DNA of 63,428 bases, the filler included, from Octopus bimaculoides (taxonomy: Eukaryota): NCBI RefSeq assembly GCF_001194135.2. It is 4 parts of 4 records of this genome, joined end to end, with 100 filler letters (N's around TTAATTAATTAA, not from the genome) between each part and the next. Parts side by side here need not be neighbours in the genome. Positions count along the whole stretch, not along the records: positions 21,408 to 46,372 come from NC_068985.1; 3 more parts are not named here. One strand, written 5' to 3'. The stretch's first letter is position 1; each line of letters starts with the position of its first letter. Of the stretch, positions 27,358 through 39,139 are shown in pieces. Below the pieces are notes generated by a model. That model was not told the origin of the DNA. It did not search any database and saw nothing but the letters and a program-made list of their open reading frames with translations. The position numbers and the translations under genes were made by a program.

Positions 27358-29486
27358 TATTAGCCATATCCCAAGTGAGACCAGACACCAACACATTCAT
27401 TAGAATGGTTTTGATCAAAGCCACACCTAGAACAAAATCGATCCCTATTCAATCTGGAAGTGATTTTCTTTCCTTTAATAGCAAAATAACGAGAAGCAAA
27501 TCATCTGTTCAAAATGCTCAGGTCGCTTTCCAAAAATTCTCCACGAAAACTGGCGGTAAGACCTGCGGTGAGATGAACTTAAAGAAAATCTATTCTAACT
27601 AATCCAGACAAATAGTACAGTATAAAATGACAGAAATCCTTATCTGCACCTAAAATATAATCAAAACGGGCTTGCGAAACTTGTTTGCAAAGAAAGTATT
27701 AATTGTAACTACACTAGGAACGTTATTTTTGTAAGGTAAATTTGCCCTGGAAATATTTTACCTGCTTGCTAGAAATTCTTCTCTTTCCCTTTTCTCTAAT
27801 GCTGAACAATTGACGATTTAGAAAGAGAAAAAATGAAATATGTTTTTTAAGCTATAAATAAATTAATTTCTCTTTATAAGAAACATCGTAGAATGTCGAA
27901 TTTATCTTCATTTATTTGTCTCTCGAGTTATGCCGGCTTGACGATTACAAAAGAGAATGGAATAGTATTATGCATGGTTTCCAGCAATTAAAAAAAAAAC
28001 TCTACGTATTTTATTTTATGTAGAAAGAAAATACATATATGTGTATGCGTTTCACCCTTTGATGTAAATTCCTCAAATTGACTTAGTTTAACGTAGGAGA
28101 GATTCTCTACTCTTTAATCATGAAATCACCAGTAGCAAACTGTATTCAATAACAAATTCTGTATCAGTAAGTACACGTTATTCATTGGCTATAGTTCTTA
28201 TACAACCTGACATAAAAACCAACTACAATAAAAAAGAAATAAAGCAGAAAGAAAGGTGAGAAATTTCACGCTGAAAAGAAATAACAAAGGCAAGTTTATC
28301 CTTTCTTAACTATGGTTCTATGTCAAGACATGGAAAGGGTGAGAAGTAAGACAAAGGAGAAACGTTGACGGCTCGTATCTGAATGAGGAACCCATCCCTG
28401 AATTACAATGGATTAAACATATTCCTATAGAAAATTGTGTTTTGATAGTTAGTTGTTGTTACCTGGCTTTCATATGTCCTTTAAAGATACATTAGATAAT
28501 ATGCGAATGCAGGTAACATATCATTGGTTTCAAATTTTGGCCAAAAGTTCTGTGGGGAAAAGCTAGTCGATTATGTCAAACTCAGTACTCAACTGGTTCT
28601 TATTTTATCGACCCAGTAAGGATGAAAGGCAAGGTTGAACGCAATAAATAGGAAGAAATATAGCTAGATGTTTTGTCAAATGTACTAACGATTCTGCCAT
28701 CTCGCATAATATCAACATATTTGTTGTTTCTTTTCAGCGTAAAATTTCACACCTTTCAACACATTGTTGATATTATTTATATCAACATGACTGTATGGTA
28801 AGAAGCTTGCATCCCAACCACATGGTTCAGGATTTAGTCGTCTCACAGAGTGGCACCTTGGGCAAGTATCTTCTACTATAGCCGCGAGCCGACTAATGCC
28901 TTGTGAGTGAATTTGGTAGACGCCTACCAAACGTGTGAGCGTGTGTATTTGTGTCTGTGACTGTCCACCACTACCGCTTGATAACATTTGTTGGTGACCC
29001 CATAAGTTCGGTAAAAGATATCGATCAAATAAACATCAGGTTTAAGAAAATTAAGTACTGGGGTCGATTCATTCGACTAAAAATTCTTCAAGGCGGTGCT
29101 CCAGCATGGCTACTGTCCAGTGACTGAAATAAGTAGAAGATAAAATATAAAATGATATCCGGGAATGATAATACAAATTTTATTATCATTGTCAAACGTT
29201 TCACTTTAATTCTGTCTATCAAGTGATATATGAAAACAGCTGTCTTATTTCTCAAACAACATAGATATGTGTGTATGTATGTATATATATATATATATAC
29301 ATATCCCTTAGGTAGTAATATCAAGCATCTAGCAAACACAAGAAGAGAATGCCATTAACATGTAAGTAAGCATTTATCGATATAACCGCTAGCATATGAT
29401 TTATTCGTTTTTGATCTGTCTTATAATGAAGGGATAAGCGAGTTTGCTTATGAAATTTTATATATAACGAGTATCATATGATTTCT

Positions 29487-29528
<42 letters not shown>

Positions 29529-29870
29529 CGTGCATTTAGCAAGCTTTAATATGATATCGACTTTTCTTCAATTTAGTATTTCTCATGTTCTAAGTTATTC
29601 TGAGCTGCTCTAGCATATAACAAAATATCACTGCAAATCATAGCAGTAATATATAATAAACTGGAGAATGAATGGAATTCCTGGTGTGTGCCTTCTTGCG
29701 GCTACCTCCCCCCCCCCTCCCCTAAAAAATGGGGAATAGACCTGGGTATATACAAAATATTATATAAAGTAGTAGGGTGCATTAGTATATTATAGAATGT
29801 AAAACAGTGAGTTGTAGTACCGTATTTTCGTAATATCCGAAATCGCTGGATTTGTTCCAAAATATGAAAC

Positions 29871-29942
<72 letters not shown>

Positions 29943-29958
29943 CATCATTATTATTATT

Positions 29959-31700
29959 TTCATATACACTCTAATTAGACTGTTGTAAAAGAAAAGAAAC
30001 CTAACATCGGGCTAAAACAAGTAGCTTTAGACGCCAAGAACTCTCTAAGTATCCTCACTGCCCCTAATGACACAGTTTTCTGGAGTTATACTAAACTCGG
30101 TTTTATGCTTATTTCCTCCACCTTTTCAGACCTTTAGAGATAGTTTCCAATGCACCTATAACTTCTGGGACACATTTTACCTGCACTTACAATAGTCTCT
30201 GTAATTCAATACCTAGGTCCTGGTACTTTGCTATTTTTTCTATACTTTTCATATTAATTTTTTCATCATTTGGGACAGTAAAGTCAATTATCTGGCACTT
30301 TCTATTCTCTTCATCTACTACTACCAAATCAGGCCTTCTAGCTTCTATTGTTCAGCCAGTTTGAATGTTGAAGTCCCACGACATCTTGTATTTCTTACTT
30401 TCTAGTAGTTTACTAGGTTCTTGTTTATACCATTTATCAGTATGTTCAAATCTTAGCTTTCTACATTGCTCATTAATGCACTAGTTAATCTGAGATTTGA
30501 CTGCTTCTCACTTACTACTTCTTCCCTCACTTTCTTTAACCATACTGCATCTCCATTATTATTGACTGGCTTATCCCAAATATTACTCCAGAACTTTCTA
30601 ACTTCTTCTGCATTAGGTTTCTCAACTTCAGTACTTCGTTCTCTACTCTTTATTTGGTTATAAGTTCTCCTCTAGTCTGTTTCAAATAATTTATTCTGTT
30701 GATACTGATCTACTTTTTTCTGATATCCGGAGAGCTTCACTGCTGCTGCTGTGATGCTCTGTTTCAACTCTTCTATTACTGTCCCAAATCCTTTCTCTTT
30801 GACTAAGTATTTTTTCTCGAGGGAAGATTTGCATCTTGTGTTTCCTAACTTGTTTCTTTTCCAGGCTTCTATTCTACTCGGATCTTGCCTTAAAGTCTCT
30901 TCCACATTTGCTCTTTTTTGATATTTCCCTGCAAGATATCTAATCTTTTGGTGACCACTACCCCTCCTGCATAAATCATTAAGCTAATGTCTTCTATATT
31001 TTTAGCATATATCCTACTGATAACACAATCTACCTTCTGCTCATTTCTAGCAGCTTCTCTCTGTTGGTGCATTTTAATGCTGGTAATCTTGTTCTTACTT
31101 CTTTACCCAATTCTTCCTGCAACTCATCAAAAGTGTTCTGATCTTCCTCACTTAAATCACTTAAGTCGTTAGTGCCAGTTGTTCCTCCCTTCTTGGTATC
31201 GCTATTATTATTTTTTCCTTTATGTTCTTCTTTGGTTTGAGCTGTATCTCTTATATTGTTGTTTCTCTTCTACCTCCAATTCTATTACCTACTTTCTTCT
31301 CCTAATTGCAATAACTTGATTAACTAATCTCTGCTCAGTCACTTTAATCATACCCTTCTCTACCCAAAGTGCTAACATCTGTTTACTATAACCCCTTTCT
31401 TTAGGTTCACTTTTTAAGTAGCACTGCATCACTATCCTGTTTTATCCGCTGGTCCATTTCCTCCTCCTTGACCTATTATTTGCTGTAGCTGCATTAAGAT
31501 AACAGCTGTGTTCAGTCTGCATCTTTACTTAACCACTACCGAGCAAGAGGCCTTCCTTTAAAGGTCCAGTTTCATTTTCGTTGTTACAATCAGGGTTTTT
31601 TTCGGAAACTCCTGTCTCTCATAAACTGAGGTAAGGTAACGTTCATCACCATTCGTCACCACAGCTATCATTTTTAGACGTCTGAAAGTTTCAAGCAACT
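29959..31700 (-). mobile_element. R4/Dong-clade non-LTR retrotransposon, internally deleted (N-terminal region joined to the RLE endonuclease, no RT)
   Basis: N-terminal RRKWT...VMQCYLKSEP..RGY...LWVEKGM..VTEQRL, then IYAGGVVVT...WKR, VIEELKQ...QNKLFET...EEVRKFWSNIW. At ~30482 it joins ...KWYKQEP..WDFNIQT..IEARRPDLVVVD...IDFTVP...KYQDL...IGAL. The 3' end runs into (TAA)n at ~29958. Confidence 0.9.
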
Positions 31701-32368
31701 TTCTATTACATCATATTTTGCACCTTTGTGCTGGTGGGGTAGTGTGTACTACATTTTTTTTAGTGGGAGATATTGTATCAATACGTTTTGCTATGGGGTT
31801 TGGTTTGAGTCATCTGTTGTATTAGTTTCCATATTGTGTATTGTTTGTGCAGAGCAGGTTGGCTTCTATGGCACATGTTGTATATTTTGTTTATTTTGGG
31901 GGGTATTTGTAGTATGAGTTTGTTCTTGCATGTTTTTGGATGGGCGTTGTATAGTAATGTGTGTGTGTAACTCATAAATCAACTATTTTATAGTATTCAT
32001 GATTCTCCGTCCGCCGTTCTTTCTCTTTTGTTTGGTTTTGTTATGGGTTCCATTAACTATTATTATTATTATCATTATTATTATTATTATTATTATCATT
32101 TTCATTATCATCTTTCAATTCCGTTACCTTTTTTTGTCGAGTGTCTTCCTGACATTTAGGGCAGAGAAACGCATAGTATAGATTTGTAGGCCATTGAAAT
32201 AAAAACAACAGATTGGTCATTTACAAAGCCATGTGACAGAGAAAAGGAGGAAGAAAAACAGAGAGAAAAAGGAAAAAATATAAAAGGAAACAAAGAAAAT
32301 AAAGGAAAAAAATTTCACAGCGATAATTCTCTTCTCAATACGTGTGACGTACCAGTTAAGACAATTGG

Positions 32369-32440
32369 TTCCCCGGTGGAGAATCGAACCCTGTTCTACC
32401 ACGGGACAGACGGGGATACTTACCACTATACTGCCGAGGA
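32369..32440 (-). pseudogene. tRNA-Asp(GTC) pseudogene
   Basis: TCCTCGGCAGTATAGTGGTAAGTATCCCCGTCTGTCCCGTGGTAGAACAGGGTTCGATTCTCCACCGGGGAA aligns to metazoan tRNA-Asp. The acceptor stem pairs and the GTC anticodon is kept, but the anticodon and T stems have mismatches. Confidence 0.85.
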
Positions 32441-32499
32441 CTTACCGCTATACCATTCTTCTTCTTATTCTTATTCTTATTATTCTTCTTATTATTATT

Positions 32500-32593
32500 A
32501 TTTTATGTTTGACTTTTGTTTTGCATTTGTACAAGTTGGATCCAAGTCTCACCCAGAGACCTCAAGAGACAACAAGTTAGAAGTTCATGTAGG

Positions 32594-32665
<72 letters not shown>

Positions 32666-32945
32666 CATCATCATCATTATTATTATTATTATTATTATTA
32701 TCATTATTATTATTATTATTATTATTATTGTTCAGTAGTTTTATTTTTATAACGTGCTTTCACTTCACTACCGAGCGCAGCTCTGTGCGCCTTGGGTATG
32801 TGCTGTGGTTTGTTGTGGTGCTCTTATGTTTACTGTATTGAAAGTGTTTTGCGTAGAATGTGTGCAGTACCCAGTAGTGCAATTTTCTGTATGTTATATA
32901 TATTTGTAAGTCCTGATATTTTTGTTACGTATTTGTCTGAATATT
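32500..32945 (-). mobile_element. Two stacked R4/Dong-type LINE 3' ends, each followed by (TAA)n
   Basis: 32720-32945 (-) encodes YVTKISGLTNIYNIQKIALLGTAHILRKTLSIQ* then a 3' UTR and (TAA)n. 32500-32596 (-) is a short second 3' UTR-like piece with its own TAA-rich tail; that piece is less certain. Confidence 0.7.
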
Positions 32946-32975
32946 TTTTTTTATTATTATTATGATCATTATCAC

Positions 32976-33018
<43 letters not shown>

Positions 33019-33049
33019 GTTGTTGTTGCTGTTGTTGTTGTTGTTATTA

Positions 33050-33660
33050 TTAGAAAATACGAAGAGCGCGATGCGATTGCAATAGATATTTTATTGGTTA
33101 AACGATATTTCGACAGCTAGCCTGCCTTTGTCGAGTTCAAAATGAAAAGTGATACATAAAAATTCAAAATCATAGAAATTCAAATCCAAAATATGAACGA
33201 GGACAACCAGCTTCCCCACGTTGATGAAATGACATTATCAGTCTTAAATTTACAAGTTTACAACTTGTAAAAAGAAAAAAGAAAGAGAAAAAAGAGAAAA
33301 AAGGAAAGAAAAAGAAAAGGAAAAAGAAGCAGAATATTCAATCAAACAATTTTGTGTAAATATGATGTTTGATACAAAATGTTCGGCAAGTTTTGCCGAA
33401 CTATTGTTATTGTACCTGACGTCATATCTATTCCCATTGAATCTTTTGTTTAATTGTTCTGTTGTATAACCGACATAAACCAAGTTGTGTTTCGTGCTTT
33501 CTGCTGCGTACATCAAATTGGTATATCTACACGTCACACCTTCCGTGTAAACCATAACATTTCCGTTATGATTCCTGATGGAATTCACTTGACTTCTCTT
33601 GTTGCCTAGGGAACAAGGATTACCTCCCTTGCGGCTGTTTTCCAAGGTTCAGCGTGCAGA
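33050..33660 (-). mobile_element. Penelope-like element 3' part (GIY-YIG endonuclease plus terminal repeat)
   Basis: ORF 33250-33645: VTCRYTNLMYAAESTKHNLVYVGYTTEQLNKRFNGNRYDV...LAEHF fits the PLE GIY-YIG pattern (TC...N.IY...C......YVG.T...L..RF..HR...VA.HF). Confidence 0.85.
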
Positions 33661-33923
33661 AACTCCAAGTAACTACAGCTATTAGGTTTTTGCCAGTGCA
33701 GTGAGAATATCAGAAATACAAAAGGACGCATAAGGGAAACTAAAAGATTAGTGAAGAAGGATAAAAGATAAGTTAATCTGACTATCTTTAAAAATAAATA
33801 TTGACAAAACTAGGAGATATACAGTAAACTACCGGGGCATAAAGTTAAAAAACAGATATGTAGAAAGACCCACCTGAAATACGTTTGAAGAAAGACATTC
33901 ACCTCTTGATGCAAGCATTATAG

Positions 33924-34307
33924 CACAGTCGAGGTCAGTTACATCTCGGAAATCGAGACGAAGTATTATACTGCAGCTTCTCTCACAAATATTATGGAGC
34001 AATTCTCGTAGTTGCATACGTGGGTCGATGCTTGGTAAAAGTGAGGACGGTGAAAGTGTCGCCAAAACTAAGAATCTACTGCCCGGTGGCGAGCTTCTTG
34101 GTTGAAACTGAATATAAGGTTACTGTTTTAGAAATACATAACTTGGGGGGTATTTGTAGAGCATTTAAGCCAAAAGGATCAGGAACAGCTTATGCCAACC
34201 CCGATTTAATTAACTTAATAGATACGATCCTTCCGTTTGCAGCAGTAGAAGATAGAAGACTAAGATTCTACATTTGTGGGGCTACAAACCCCTTAATGGT
34301 CTTCTGA
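33924..34307 (+). other. Unassigned 127-codon open frame in non-repetitive sequence
   Basis: Stop-to-stop frame HSRGQLHLGNRDEVLYCSFSHKYYGAILVVAYVGRC...TNPLMVF with ordinary amino-acid composition. No recognised domain and no strong acceptor. Confidence 0.25.
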
Positions 34308-35989
34308 ACACAGTTAGGGTTACAAGAAAGAAAACTGTCAATATTGTCAACATCCCAAACACGATAACAGCATCTTCAACAATAACATGTAATCATAACT
34401 GTAGTAGCAACAGTTACAGCAACTATCATAACAAAAGCAGTGCCAACACCAGAAGCAATACAAACAAGTGCTACAAAAACAAAAGCATAGAAACGAAACC
34501 AGCAGCAGCAAAACAACGAACAATAGATGCAACAGTAATAGCAGGAACACCCATGACAACAACGATAATGTCACGTTTCCCACAAAAACGCCTCTCAGTT
34601 TTCCGTCCCTCGAAACACAAACACACACACCCATACGAAAACGTATCTTTTCCTTTCATCCTATGAAAATCGTATAATTCAGAGTTCTCACCGTGTGGTG
34701 TAGGAGACGCTAAATTTAGTTCTTCACTGCTAAGTTTATTTATCATCTCTAGTAACTACCAACGCAATTGGGTTTATGAATTTGCTAGAAGTTAAGGTCA
34801 AAGTCTTATTTTTCTCACTTGATACAGACAAACAAAAAATCCAAAGAGTTCCAAAGTGATTGTACTATCAACTGGTATATTTGGGTAGCCAAAGATTTTT
34901 AGTGCAATTATTATCCCCTGAACCTATGCTAACCATCTTTGGTTCTAACAGAATTAAGGATACAAAACAAACTAACATCATTACACGGACGCAGAAAACA
35001 TTATTTCTCAGGCAACATCCTCTATAGTATGTTAGCACTGTTGAGTAGTTTATTCTTACCACCGGGTTCTTCAAGCAGCACTAACCACGTTATTCAACGA
35101 CGGTTCAACGACAGATGATATAACTCAACAATGTACGTAATACCATATTCATCCATTAAATAGGGTTTCTATATTAACTCTAATCCATATTACACATCCT
35201 TTTACTGTAGCAAAATGATTCCAGCTTCTTTCGGTTTAAGGGGGTACAACACGGCTGTGGCTAAGAGGTCTGTTTCAAATTCGATCCCGGGTCCACTAAT
35301 ATTTGTAAGACGAAATCTGCAGTATCGGAACTTCTTAACACGTAAATTATCTGGCTGTAACCTGTTCTTAATCTAGCGTAGCATTATTTCCCGTCTCTTG
35401 CGAACTTTTATTAGAGATCCCTCTGTTGCAAGCATTCACAACTAGTCTCGTCTCTGAGAATATCTTCCTATCTCCCTTTCTCTCATCTCAGATATCCTTG
35501 AAAGGATCACACGTGCCGTCATTACTTCTTTCACAAAGCCATTAAAGAAAAAAAAAAGAGAAACTTTTAATAATGTGTTGCCACATTTTCCAAGCTTTCT
35601 GCAACGTAATCATATCTGTAATTCTATCATTTCCTTCCTAGTGCACATCAAACTAACACTCCTCGTCTGCTGTTAGCACGAACAGAGATGATTTCGATAC
35701 TACAGAAATCGATATTTACTATTAACGTCCACTTAGGATGAAAGAGCAGGATAAAAGAAGGATCTGCGCTATCTATATATAAGGTCGCTGCCCATTGCAT
35801 GAAGTCGCAGTTGGATGAAATTTTAGAGACAAAAATATTCTGGTCCGTTTGAGAACAGTTCTTCGATGGATTCTTTAAAAAGCCATTCTCAATTCTCAAA
35901 GTGAGATATATTGTAAAGATTCAAACAATGTTCACTCACTGAATGCCTTCCATAGCAGTCTACTATCAAAGCTTTCGTCGTATAATGTT

Positions 35990-37070
35990 CTTGAAACTCT
36001 TACTACTATAGGCACAAGGCCTGGAATTTTTTCGGGCTAGTCAATTATATCGACTCCAGTGAACGAGTATTATTTATTTTATCGTTTCTGAAAGGATGAA
36101 AGCACAGATAGCCCAGCGAAATTTGAACTCTGAACGTAAAACCGGAAGAAATGCCGCTAACCATTTTGTTTGACGCGCTAATGCTCCTTATTGTCCAGTC
36201 TTCATTGTTCTTAATATTGGTTTCAAATTAAGGCGACGTTCTGACAGAATCGTTAATACTCTGGGCAAACTGCTTAACAGCCTTCCGTCAGTCCCTACGT
36301 TCTGAGTTCAAATTCCACCGAAGTCGACTGCCTTTCATCCTTTCGAGGTCGATAAAATAACTACTCAGCTGATCACTGGGGTCGATGTAATCGACTTACC
36401 CACTTCCCTGAAATTGCTGGCCTTGTGCCAAAACTTGAAGCCTTCTGAAATCAAAATTGGTTTCAAATTCTTAGCACAAGGCCAGAAACTTCGATTATAT
36501 CGACTCCATGTCTCACATGATACTTACATTATCAACTCTGAAAGGATGAAAGGCAAAGTCGACCTCGACAGAATTTGAACTCAGAACATAAAGACGGACG
36601 CAATGCTTCTAAACAATTTTCTCGCTGTGATAGCGATCTTGCGAGCTCGTTATCTTTTTTATTGCTCTTAATATTGGTTTACTGCTCTACTGCTCACCTC
36701 GTACTTATTTTAACGACCCCCAAAAAGATGAAATTGACCTCAGCGTAATTTAAACTCAGAACGTAAAAGGAAAAAATATCGCTAAGCCTTTTTCCCGGTG
36801 TGCATACGACTTCGCTAGCTCATTGCCTATTTTAGTCTTTGTAAAACTTGCTTCAAATCTTGGCATGATTCCAGTAGTTTCGCGGGAGGGTATTATAAGT
36901 TGATTACATCGACCCCAGTGTCAACTGGTACTTATTTTATCGACTTCGAAGTGATCAAAGGCAAAGTCAATCTTGGCGGTATTTGAACTTAGAACTTAAG
37001 AACGGATGAAATGCTGTTTAGCATTTTGCCTGGCTTGCTTACGATTTTGCCAGCTCGCCGTCCTTAATGT
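35990..37070. mobile_element. Cluster of five SINE family 1 copies (four minus, one plus)
   Basis: Core motifs repeat every ~200-230 bp. Confidence 0.85.
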
Positions 37071-37394
37071 TTATAATATTAAAAACAAAACCGAAGATCG
37101 AAGAAAATGAAGTCCTTAGCCACAGTGTTTTCATATTTTTCTTTAAATTCCAGTTATCGCCGTTTCAATTCACAGTCGGGTAAAGAGCAGTCCACCCAGC
37201 TGTAAATGAGTAATATCCTGCAGCAGACTGGTATCCTGTTCAGGAGAGATGTTATCCTCTCGATCATATATACGCTATCGAAACTGTGTAGTTGGCCCTG
37301 TGTGTAGCTGGCCCTGTGTGTAGCTGGCGCTCAAGATGTTCGGGAGTTGATAACACTGTGTGTGTTTGTGCGTGTGTGCGTGCGTACGTGCGTG

Positions 37395-37426
<32 letters not shown>

Positions 37427-38880
37427 GTGTGTGCGCGCGCGCGTAACTGTGTGTGTGTGTGTGTGCGTCACTGTGTGTGTATGTGTGTGTAATCCATCAC
37501 TTGAAGAACGGTGTTGATATTGTTTATGTAACTGCAGCTTAGCGGTTCGGCAAAAGATAACGACCGAATATGTACCAGACTTAAAACATAAGAACATAGG
37601 TCTATTTGTTCTAGTAAAACTCTTCAATGAGGTGTACCAGCATGGCTGCAGTTCAATGACTGAAAGCACTAAAACATAAAAAATAACAGCTTCTGACAGA
37701 CAACCATTTGATATGTACAATGATGTGCTTGCTTGTGTAGAATTATTAACCCATAAAGCGCTGGGATTTCCACTTACGTGGCATGGACTACTGAGGACAT
37801 TTTATGAAAATGAGACTATCATGCACACATAAAAAAAAATAGTTAAAATATCTTTTGAAAAGTCGTTAGTTGAACTCTTAGTCCCCTTGCATTCTGGGGG
37901 GTATCGGAGCGTTTGAGTGACATTAGACTCCCAACAAACGCCCATAAATTAAAATGCATCTATCTGGGCCATGATCGTGGCCTGTCTACCAGTGTCTGAT
38001 GACTACGATCGTAACCCGTCGAGCTTTGTGTTAAATTAAATTGAAGTTTACGTTGTTTTGTGCTCTATTTCTAATTTCCAGTAAAATTGTATGGATCAAA
38101 GCCACATTACAAACGAAATCGAACACTCTTTAATACCTACACGGAAGTAAAATACTCAATAACGATTGATTTATCAATAAGTACAAATTTTCAGAAGGCA
38201 TAGATCTTATGCAATCTGATGCAAATACAGCCACAACAAAAAAAGGAGTAAATAAATAAATATAAGAAATTTTACGCTGAAAAGAAGCGAAAGAGGAAAA
38301 TCCACCCATGCAGAGTGTGGTCCTTGATCAAGGGATGGAAAAAAAGTGAGAAGAAAAAGGAAGAAGGAACTATGACACTTCTACAAAGATCAGAACATGT
38401 CGGGACCTTCGGAACTTCCTACGAGATTACAATGGATTTAACATGCATTATTATTATAGAAAATAAGGCAGTGAGCTGGCAGAATCGGTAGCACGCTGGA
38501 CAAAATGCTTAGCGGTATTTCGACCGTCGCTACGTTCTAAGTTCAAATTCCGCCGAGGTCGACTTTGCCTTTCAACCCTCTGGTTGAACACTGGAATCGA
38601 TGCAATCGATTCGTCCCCCAAGCTGCCCTTGTGGCAAAAATTTGAAATAATTGTTATTGTATAAAATTTCATTTCGATAGTTGTTGCTGTTGTTACTACG
38701 TGACTTTGATAAGTCATTTAAGAATTTTTAAGATAATAGTCAACTGCAGACAATATTGATATTACTTATATATCCGGGAATGATAACAGATTTTTGTTAT
38801 CATTGTGAAACATTTAGCTTCAATTCTTTATTTCAGCAGAAATATGAGACCATCTGTTTTATTTCTCAGACACCGTGAAT

Positions 38881-38965
<85 letters not shown>

Positions 38966-39139
38966 CGTTCGACTAAAACCTTCCAAAACGGTCCACAGCA
39001 TAGCCGCAGTCTAATAACTGAAACAAATGAAAGACAAAAGATATATGAAAGAAGTTTCAGGCGTATATCGTATGTTACTTCAGGAAATTTTAGCAGTATA
39101 TTTTATAAGTCAGCAATACATTTCAGTATATTATACTAG

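Noticed and set aside
37285-37335. Short direct repeats (17-bp GTGTAGCTGGCCCTGT x3; also 15-18-bp units at 59800-59985) as a CRISPR-like array
   Set aside because: Contiguous tandem units with no spacers, in a eukaryotic context without cas genes.
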